Of a stretch of 64,000 bases of DNA, positions 13,202-22,798 are shown piece by piece. This DNA comes from Eukaryota sp. TZLM1-RC. Taxonomy: Eukaryota; Protista; Metamonada: BaSk clade. The DNA is taken from assembly GCA_040285825.1 (NCBI GenBank), contig JAUPSS010000012.1, forward strand, positions 1 through 64,000, given 5' to 3'. Within the stretch, counting starts at the first letter, position 1; every line of letters begins with the position of its first letter. The notes below the pieces were generated by a model that worked only from the letters and a program-made list of their open reading frames with translations, made no database searches and had not been told where the DNA came from. A program made the translations under genes and the position numbers.

Positions 13202-15370
13202 AATAGTGTTTTGGTCTCGTTTGTTTAATGTTTGAGAATATTTTTTTAGTTTTTAGTCTTTATAAAATTTATCAATTAGTAGAGTTATTGTTTGGTTCAC
13301 ATTTTTACGACACCTTATTTGTTGGAATAAGAACAAAATTGCCAATTTGAATAGGTGAAGTATATTTGATCACTATTTCAATAGTGAAGCACGAAGACCT
13401 GTTCATTCTATCTGTAGTTTTATTAATGTCAAAAACTAGTCATAGTTGGCACAATCTATTCCTGGTTTGTTTTTCCTTTCACAATTAGATTGATCATACT
13501 CATTTCTTTAACCTTGAATTTTGATGAAAAATGATTAGTGGTAAACTGACAAAGTGTCATTATTGATAATTTAGCATCTTTATTATCAATGGTAGCTTCG
13601 ACAACACAATACACACCAGTTCCTCTATATTTAAATCTCAGGGCAATCAATAATGTGATTCAAATTTTGTGGTGATCATCCATGTCAGTGTTTGGAAGTG
13701 TTTGTTCTCATCAAAACTGATTACAAAAATACAGAGTTTGCGGCTATTGAAGGTGATGTGTACAGAATTTAAATTTATGTTTTTGAACATGAAAGTCACA
13801 CTTTTTCCTTGCTTTGGTTCTGTTCGTAAAACAAATTCTCGAAATCCACATACAAACAGTAACATCAATCCGAATTTGAAAATTCTATAATTTCTAAGTT
13901 TTTCCCACATTTAATGAGAAAAATGGATGATTTTGTAACACATATAAAGCGGTGTATAGCGCTAATGAGTGTTTTTTCTGAACTCCCAATATTGCAGAAA
14001 TTTCAAATTGTGCACTACCTGTTCTACGGTTTTGTTTGAAAACACTGCAGAACCATTTTTGTAAATTGTAAAAAACTGACATTAAAGAGGAATGGTTGCC
14101 ATGGTCAAAACAGGAAATTTCTTTTTTGAAAATCCGTTGAAGGGCCCTTGTAATTTTTCTACTACTGGGTTAGATGAAAAATTTCTTCTATTTCTGCACT
14201 TTTCAAACAAACAATAAACAGCTTTTGAACAAGTAATTCTTTGCTTTCTGCAAATGATATTGTGAATTTCTGAATCGGTATCTTATTTTGGTCGATTTTC
14301 CGAATCGCATAATCAACTGTTTCGATTTTGGAGATTCAAGGTTACAGGAGGAAGATTTTTAGTTGACTATTGCACGTCTTTTTTCGTTGTTGAATAATAT
14401 GAATATTCATTTCCGAACACTGTGTGCAAAGGTAACATACCTTTGATTTACATTATTCAAAAAATGCGAAAACTTCATGTATTGAATGCAATTGCTGAGA
14501 AACACATTGTCATCAAACAAGTTTGGTTCTGATGATAGAAGTGATATTAACTGTGATGGGGTGAAAACTCTAAAGTTATTGTTTAATTTGCGTTTTGTAC
14601 TGTTGCAAATGACACTTAGGCTCAAAAGAAACTTAATCGTGAAAAAGTTCTGCTTTTAAAGCGAATGAAAAACATGGAAAATATGACGAAGTAATTGAAG
14701 AAATTAATACAGACATTCAGGTTTACTAAAATTGCTTAAAATTTGAGCTTAAGGTAAAATAAAGAACTTTGCCTTATTTTAACCATAAAGTAATTTTAAG
14801 AACGTTAAAGTTAGACTGCATATCATTTTATTTCTTCCATTTTTGCCCAAAACATTCATTCACCATTCACTCTCATGACGTCTCTTTCTTCGTCTGAATA
14901 GAAGTCTGTTTGGGAAATTGTTGAAATGTTGAGCAAGACCTGTGTCCGAAAACGTTGCAAACTTTGTAAGCACACGTTTCCAGACAACCGATGGGCCATA
15001 GAAGGACACTGAATTCCAAATCTCAGACCCAAACTACATGTGCAACTTTGTACGTGCTTATCTGTCTTTTAAAATAAAGACTTTGACGATTTAGCTTCTT
15101 GTGTGGCAACCCATCCAAAATCGCGGAAGCTTCGATCAACGACTCCACAATCATTACCCATTTTGCATCGCTATTTTTTGCCTGCCTTTTTCTCCGCTTC
15201 ACGACCTACTACTCTACATTTATGTTCTTTGATTTTAGATAACAATTTTGTTCTTCTTTCAGAAACTGACGCATTATCTCCAGTTGCTCACAACAATGAC
15301 AAGTAAACCGAATTTTTAACAATTTTCTTTATTGACTGCAAGTGAAAATTACTACCGAAGCCGACTAGAC

Positions 15371-16257
15371 AAACTGACGGCCATTTGTGGGCTTAATGAA
15401 GGCTCGCCACTTAATAAAATTTCCTTAACAACAGTTTTACAAGAGCTGATCAACAATGCCACTGAACAGAACAAACTGTATGATGCAGTGTACCAGCTTT
15501 TATCTTACACAAAGTTGTCGCACTCGGTAGCTCCAGCTGTCGTAAGGCAAATTAACAACGGCATTCAAAAAATTCAGAATGATGTCGTCAAAAACTGACG
15601 GCCATTTGTGGGCTTAATGAAGGCTTGCCACTTATTAAAATTTCCTTAACAACAGTTTTACAAGAGCTGATCAACAATGCCACTGAACAGAACAAACTGT
15701 ATGATGCAGTGTACCAGCTTTTATCTTACACAAAGTTGTCGCACTCGGTAGCTCCAGCTGTCGTAAGGCAAATTAACAACGGCATTCAAAAAATTCAAAA
15801 TGATGTCGTCAAAAACTGACGGCCATTTGTGGGCTTAATGAAGGCTTGCCACTTATTAAAATTTCCTTAACAACAGTTTTACAAGAGCTGATCAACAATG
15901 CCACTGAACAGAACAAACTGTATGATGCAGTGTACCAGCTTTTATCTTACACAAAGTTGTCGCACTCGGTAGCTCCAGCTGTCGTAAGGCAAATTAACAA
16001 CGGCATTCAAAAAATTCAGAATGATGTCGTCAAAAACTGACGGCCATTTGTGGGCTTAATGAAGGCTTGCCACTTATTAAAATTTCCTTAACAACAGTTT
16101 TACAAGAGCTGATCAACAATGCCACTGAACAGAACAAACTGTATGATGCAGTGTACCAGCTTTTATTTTACACAAAGTTGTCGCACTCGGTAGCTCCAGC
16201 TGTCGTAAGGCAAATTAACAACGGCATTTAAAAAATTCAGAATGATGTCGTCAAAAA
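15371..16257. repeat. Four near-identical 221-bp tandem copies
   Basis: Units begin AAACTGACGGCC at 15371, 15592, 15813 and 16034 and differ at only a few sites. Confidence 0.95.
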
Positions 16258-16378
16258 TAGTAGAACTTTGTGTTGTCACAAATGAGTGTTCACAATTTGC
16301 AAATCTTTGAGAAAACTCAAATATTGCATTTCTGCCTCCACCGATGAAATCACACGAAGTAAGAATTGAGGCCTTTGT
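16253..16378 (-). mobile_element. Short diverged internal fragment of CRE-like family A
   Basis: Aligns by eye to the reverse complement of ~24947-25073 (e.g. GCAAATCTTT, ATTGCATTTCTGC, CACACGAAGTAAGAAT). Confidence 0.7.
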
Positions 16379-18571
16379 AAAAGTTGTTTTGATGTTTAAT
16401 AGATTTGAAATTAACCAAAACTCAATAATTAATTTTTGTTTGGTTTCTGCAAATGTATCGTATTTAATGTATTAAAGTGAAAAATTATCCAATAGTGTTG
16501 CGGACGGACTCTAGGATCTGAACATTGGTGGTTTCACCAGACCAGAGCACAGTCTTTTGGAACATCGCGAATAGAGAATTAGCTCGCAGGAGTCAGCAGC
16601 TACTTATGCGTTCAAGATTTCCAGAGGCAAAAAGGACAAGCACGGCCTCACCAAATGAACGGCGGTCTTCAAAAAAAACCAGAAAAAGGGATTTGGACCA
16701 GGCGAGAGCTGGAAAATAGGATCTTGAAAACGTTATAGGGTTCTTCAGAATGAATATGAAACTTGTCTGGCATTTCACGCATGATAAAGACTCGCTCGTT
16801 ATTTTGAGGACAATAAAATATTAAACTGGGTCAACAGGCAGAAATACAGACGGATTGGCCAATTCCCATGTACAAAGTGGTTGATGTATCTATATCCATA
16901 GGGTTCAGTGAAGAGAGGGACAAAAGAATTGCAGGGTAAGCTTTTGAACGGTTTGAAAACAGAGTTGAAAAATTCAGTGGATGTGACGGCAGTCTTGATC
17001 ACAGGAGCAAGTTGTTTGCAGGATATACAAAATTAAACATGATTGGACAGATTGCTTGTTATTTGAGGCGAGCGAAAATCAGACTTGTGAAATGTTTTTC
17101 AACAGGAAGCAAAAGAAGAATGTACAGTTTCGATAGATTTATGGGCGAGTATGAAGGATCTCAGATTTAAACAATTTCAGACCGAGTTGAGGTTCGATGA
17201 AGCAAGCTTAATAGAGGGTGTCGTTATTGAAAAGCTTTTGCTACTCCTTGAATATCTTGTCAAGAACAACTGTAAATAGTTTGAATAAATAGTTCCATTT
17301 ATTAAAACAAACGGAAGGCATTACATGGTTCCAAAGCGGAGCAAAAAGAGAAGAATAAGTTTACATCAGGGGGATCAGTATCTTCGATGAGGTAGTCTTC
17401 GGGTAAAGCTTCTTAAACGAACTCAAAAATCGAGTTGACAGAGTTAGCTTCGGAATCGTCGATGGAGTGGATAACTCGGCTAACATTTTGTTGGGTGTAG
17501 TATCTCCTGAGGAAAAATGGCTGTGAACGGTCTTATAAACAGCCAATTTTTGTCTGGTTTCACAACCAGATTCGGAACAGTTTTTAATCATAAAGCCGGA
17601 CTTCTTACAATAGAAGCGTGTGAGAGGGGATTATGAAGGATCATGAAGGACGTAATGGTTTGGTCAACTGTCGCGGCGAAGAGGTTGAAACTAAGGGACT
17701 GGTATCGATGGTAAACGCTAACAGAGTGTTTGTACTGGAAAAATGGTGAAAGAATGGGTAAAAACAGCTTTGACGCTTCTGGGCTCTACCCCAGTGAACA
17801 TTTCGAAGGTTTAAGGGACTGCGAAAACAATTGTGAAAAGACGTACAATAACATGGTTTGATAGAGCTGATCTTCAGCGGGGCTCTGGTGGAGCTTGAAA
17901 GATTCTATACTAAAACGAGAGGATGGTTCATAAACAGAGGAAGTCATGAAAGAATGGAAGTGGAACAGTTTTCCTGTTGAACTCATGGGTGTCATTGTCA
18001 GAAGTGACTTCAGGAATATTTTCCTCAGAACAAACGATAATCTGTACCCAGGTCTTTAATCTCATTAGACAGAACAACAGTGGTCTCATTGTGAATCAGG
18101 GGTGCAAGACGGCTCTAAGTCGTCGTTGGGAAAGAAGAACCGAGAGTTAGAAAACGGAAAACATCTTGTCATGTCTGACATAAAATGAGCAGACACACGA
18201 GACGCATAAATATTTAAAGCATCTACAAAGCGGGAAACGGCTACTTGACCTGTATTATTCAAAATTGGAGCTACCAAGTTTGCGGGGTTCAGGACAGGGG
18301 ACAGTACCAATTCCTTACGGGTGCCAGTTATTGCTGTTTTTTCTTGTACACTACGCATAAACATAAAAACAAGAGTTTAAGAACAGAGATGCATCGATTA
18401 TTTCAAGCATGCATCGATTATTTCACCACAAAAGAAAAACAATTGAAAGGAAATTTGCAGTCAAACATAATTTGATCAAAACTAAGTAGATTCACTTAGT
18501 TTTTGTTTAATCCAGCGTTATTGAACATGAATTATGATTTTTATATCTCCTTCAATCTTCTACATTAATAT

Positions 18572-18632
18572 ATTTATTGAATTTGCACACTTAATTAAAT
18601 TAACTCAATACTAATGGGACGACTATCGTTAA
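18572..18632 (-). mobile_element. Stand-alone copy of the family A 3'UTR (stop codon to terminus)
   Basis: The reverse complement TTAACGATAGTCGTCCCATTAG...GTGTGCAAATTCAATAAAT matches 26076-26136. Confidence 0.9.
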
Positions 18633-19016
18633 CAGTAAAAAAGAACCAAAGGAATCTTCACCTGCGTCATTGGCCATCATGGATGGATCAAGGAAAATGG
18701 TTGATAATTGTTTTAATGTAAAGCTTAAAAACCAAAAAAAAACTAAAATCCATGTTTATTAAATACTGTGGTACTGAAATTGTTAATTGCAATCCATGAA
18801 ATAAGACACCAGGTATTGGTTCATAGTGGAAGGCATAAAAGAATAAATGAGAAGAACAGTTCGTTTAAACTGAATTCTTCAGGGCAATCATTATTCAGAT
18901 TTACTCCAGTTGCTGAACACTTGATAGCAACAAGGACTAACAATTGTCGAGGTCTTGAATGAATAAAACACAATAAAAAACAAATTTAAACACAGCTAAA
19001 CAACATCCTCAACAAC

Positions 19017-20948
19017 CTAAGGGATTCCATCCCGGATTTTATTGAAAAGGGGTTCATGATACGGAAGAACATCATCAACAAAAATGCTAATATCATCGTC
19101 ATCAAATTCAATTGTTGAGAGTGAAGGAGCAAAAACAATCCTCAAAATGAAAAAAGCTAAATTTCGCAACTGATGGAACTGTTGATCATTTTCCAATTTA
19201 GAGTATTCTTTTACTTGAGTCAAAACCTCATTAAAAATGTCCATCCAGTATGTGCCACAATTGCCGCAGAAATTGGCCGTGGAGGAGAGGAAAATGTAAG
19301 CATTTGTATTGCTCATGTTCACAACAGTGGAACATGCAGTTTTTCTAAACAATGCCAGACTCGTTGCACTCAACTCCAAAACAAAATTCAAGAGGCGCCA
19401 GCGGAAAAACGTGGAGTGATCGGAAACTGTGTGATCGTGTTTAGGTAAAGGAAAAAAAGTGGCTACAACAAAAAGGATAAAATCAATTTTACGTAAAACC
19501 GATTGAGCCCCCAACAGAACAGTTCTGGTATAGAGGAAGTATAGAGCAGCAACGTAGCCAATCAAACAAGGTTGAATAACAGTCACCTTATCAATCAGCT
19601 TGACAAACAAAGGATGTAACTGGCCTGTCTGGCACTGATCTTCGTGGCCAATGTAAGCACAATGTTGAAAAACAGAGAATAGTTCTACAGGAGATTGAAA
19701 GTGGCTTGCATTGAAATGACAAGGCAAAAAGAGCGACAAGTCCTCACCTCTGTCGGCAACAGGCAAGCTGAACACCAAGTTGTTCAATTCTGCATCTGCG
19801 GGAAGAACTTCTCTTTTGAAAACCAAATATAGGGCATCTACGGATTCCTCAATTCCTCCTCGGATATCAGCTCGAGTGAACCCATGCAATTCTGGTGAGG
19901 TGTAAACTCTTGGATAGGTTCGTGAAAGTACTTTGTACAAATGATCCTGAATAGCATAGTGTGCGAAAGCAACACGCCAATCAGGATAGCCTGTGCCAAC
20001 ACCATGACTTGAGATACAGTGGTCTAAAAAAGTGGCATTAAGTCTCCCATACCGTTGGTAATTACGATCGCAACTTTCAGCTAGATCTTGGTGGCTGTTG
20101 TAGTGTTGGTCCCAAATAAGTTCAAGGGAGTTAAAGTTACGAATAATATGGGACATCCGATCTGCGGATTTTGCCACATCCATTATATTCCATTGCAGTG
20201 TCTCGAAATACGGACGCGTCCTTTTCGTTCCAGCCATGGCAGCTAACTTGCCAAGGTCTGACTGAGACCATTGTCTGGGCAATATTTGATTAAAGCTCCG
20301 TCTCAGTGATTCGTGGGTGTAAACGCGGATTCTGACTGGTTCGTTTGATACAAGTCTATTACAAACTGTTTCCCAGAATGATAGGGAGCTGGGGCTCAAC
20401 AACTTCATGCCTTCTTGAAGCAAACATTCAGTGTAACAGAGAACGTAGTTATAGCGCTCCGACTGGAGGCCGTTACTGAGGACATGATCACAACGATCTA
20501 AAGTGCAGCGGATCATGTGTCCGTTTTTGATGGCTGAGGCTAAAATGATCTCCACGACAACACTCCAATGGGTTTTTCCTTTTTTTGTTTGAAGGCGAGC
20601 AATTTCTTCTGCAGTGACCTCTTCTTGGGTGAGTAACTCAGTTTGAGCTGGTCTAGCCTTAAATTTGCGGAGCATTCGCACAATCTCGAAAGTAATATTA
20701 CGCTTCTTAAACTCAGAAAACAGAATGTCACAACGTTCCATGAGATGTCGGGGCGAATGGCCGTGGCGTATATCCGGAACAAACGATTGAATGATAGTGT
20801 TAAGAAGGTATTTGAAACCAACACCAATGCATAGAGGGTGGGGACTACGTTGATTGATTGTAAAAATGTAATATCTTACACGTGGTCGTTGTCCATAAGC
20901 GGATTTAGTCGTACTACGTACGTACGAATGTAAACCAGAAATGCCCAT
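19017..20948 (-). CDS. 643-aa protein with XPG/FEN1/Asteroid-type (PIN-like) N-terminus, probably catalytically degenerate
   Basis: Starts MGISGLHSYV (compare MGIQGLTKVI of FEN1 in this window); an H3TH-like LAAMAGT is present. Intact and intronless. Confidence 0.55.
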   Translation of the reverse strand: MGISGLHSYVRSTTKSAYGQRPRVRYYIFTINQRSPHPLCIGVGFKYLLNTIIQSFVPDIRHGHSPRHLMERCDILFSEFKKRNITFEIVRMLRKFKARPAQTELLTQEEVTAEEIARLQTKKGKTHWSVVVEIILASAIKNGHMIRCTLDRCDHVLSNGLQSERYNYVLCYTECLLQEGMKLLSPSSLSFWETVCNRLVSNEPVRIRVYTHESLRRSFNQILPRQWSQSDLGKLAAMAGTKRTRPYFETLQWNIMDVAKSADRMSHIIRNFNSLELIWDQHYNSHQDLAESCDRNYQRYGRLNATFLDHCISSHGVGTGYPDWRVAFAHYAIQDHLYKVLSRTYPRVYTSPELHGFTRADIRGGIEESVDALYLVFKREVLPADAELNNLVFSLPVADRGEDLSLFLPCHFNASHFQSPVELFSVFQHCAYIGHEDQCQTGQLHPLFVKLIDKVTVIQPCLIGYVAALYFLYTRTVLLGAQSVLRKIDFILFVVATFFPLPKHDHTVSDHSTFFRWRLLNFVLELSATSLALFRKTACSTVVNMSNTNAYIFLSSTANFCGNCGTYWMDIFNEVLTQVKEYSKLENDQQFHQLRNLAFFILRIVFAPSLSTIEFDDDDISIFVDDVLPYHEPLFNKIRDGIP

Positions 20949-21009
20949 TTTCGGAACAACAGATTGTGGGAAAATATTACTGTGGTTGAATTTTAGGTAA
21001 AAAAATCGT

Positions 21010-22073
21010 ATTTACTGAATTTGCACACTTGATTAAATTAAATCATAACCAATGGGGCGACTATCATTGAACCAAGATTTCCTCTACAAAATCTTGATCT
21101 GCTTGCTGTCTAGCTAAAGCTTCTCTTATTCGATTGAAAAACCGCGGTAATCTATTAATAATGGCAAATTGAATCCGTGAACGCCATAAAAAATGTCAAA
21201 TCTTTTCATTGTTTTTTCTTGAACCATTTTTTGGAAGTCATTCAAAAATATTTCTGCTTCATCTGATAATCTTCCATTTATCGAAAATGGGAAAGCAATA
21301 AAAATTAGCTGTGTATTTCTATCAGCATTAGCTTCTTCGATGTCTTTTTCATATTTTCTATGTTTTTTTCTTTGCTTTAAAATCAAGAGCATTTACAGAA
21401 TTAAGTTTTCTTCTGTGAACCAAAGTATCATTTGCAACATTACATGAAACAAAGTCAACAACAGCTTCAGAGTTATCAATCCAATCACAGTATACATCAC
21501 CTCTATCATCAGAACCAAAATTATTCAATGACAGTGTTTCCTTCAGCAGAGGCTCTTTGATACACGATATCCTTGCAGTTTGTGCCATATTGAAAACAGT
21601 GTCTCTAACAGCATCATGTAATGAAGAACGATAAGTTATCAATTTAGAGCAATTCAGAGCATGGCGCAAAGTGAGTTGAGGTGAATTCGAACAAATACAT
21701 TTTTCTTTTGATAATAGCTGGTTAATGGGGATGTTCAAATATAATCTCATTTTTGTTACAAATGCTTCATTAGTGGCACACAATCCAAATCTTCGAGGTA
21801 CAATGGTTACAAAAAGTGAAGAATCTGACGACTTGTTTTTACAAACACCCTTTTCCAATAACAATGAGTGAAGATCTTGATTTAAAACAGCCGAGCTGCA
21901 TATATTATTATAAAGATCTTTTTCATACATTCCAGTCAATCGTTTCTGTAATGTTCGAAGAGTGTACTTCAAATTTAAAACATTTTTTTCTGGAATATTG
22001 CCATTGAATGATTGGGGAAAACATCGACCCCATTTTTCTACATCAATTCTTGAAATTTCTTCATTTAATGCAA
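21010..22073 (-). mobile_element. 5'-truncated copy of CRE-like family A (RLE domain + 3'UTR)
   Basis: ORFs 21358-22077 and 21126-21392 are nearly identical to 25174-26079. The terminal AATAAA reads AGTAAA in this copy. Confidence 0.93.
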
Positions 22074-22519
22074 TCAATCTTCTACATTACTAAACATTCT
22101 TCAGCAAGAAGAAACTCTGTCTTTGTCAGAAGAATTTAGTCAAAAAAAGACAAGATCCTGAAAAACAGTCAAAAAAACATTGATCTGGCGTTTTTTTCAG
22201 AAAATTCAAATGAAATTGAAGGATTTTTCATCCGGGCACAGGAATGAGTAGGATGAACTCATAAGTAGTTTTAGTGCAACCAAAATACTTTGTAGTTTAG
22301 TGTTAGTACGTTAACTTTTGCCCAACCCTGGCTAAAAGAATGGACTTAAAAATGAATAATTTTGATAATAAATGAACTTTTTAGTAATGAACACTTGGAA
22401 AACTATAATTATGGGGCCTTATTGGCAATAATTGTGAAACACAAAGTATGTTATGGCTATAATGGATGGGTATTGAATTCCAAAATGCCACAACTTCAAC
22501 ACCTGGGTGATTGCATACA

Positions 22520-22790
22520 AGATGAATGGTTCATTTGTTCCCACGGCTTTACGTTTTTTAGCAGATTTTGAAATGATTGTAAGAAGAAGAACTAACAGAA
22601 ATTTCAACAGACTGTTTTTGCAAAATAGAATTGTGTTTTCTATTCTTAAGGGTTTGTTGAAGATGCCTTCTGATGCTTTGATTTCTCTTGGATCTCACTA
22701 TGAGAGAGTTGCATCTAGTGGTTTTGTTTTGGGAGAGAAGTATTATTTAGATGATTTATAAGTTGTTTAATAAATAAATTGTATTTAAAA
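22520..22790 (+). mobile_element. 3' fragment of another CRE-like family
   Basis: GSFVPTALRFLADF...NRIVFSILK resembles the C-termini of ORFs 8965-9648 and 45294-45791; followed by TAATAAATAAA. Confidence 0.65.
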
Positions 22791-22798
22791 AACTGAAT

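Larger units (their letters stand above)
18568..22073 (-). mobile_element. Composite retro-insertion: truncated family A element + 643-aa cargo ORF + second family A 3'UTR
   Basis: Perfect 16-bp direct repeat TCAATCTTCTACATTA at 18552-18567 and 22074-22089. Family A homology at 21010-22073 and again at 18572-18632. All parts are on the minus strand. Confidence 0.8.

Noticed and set aside
13300-14800. Short ORFs 13456-14625
   Set aside because: Fragmentary, with no motifs; may be decayed coding sequence but unsupported.
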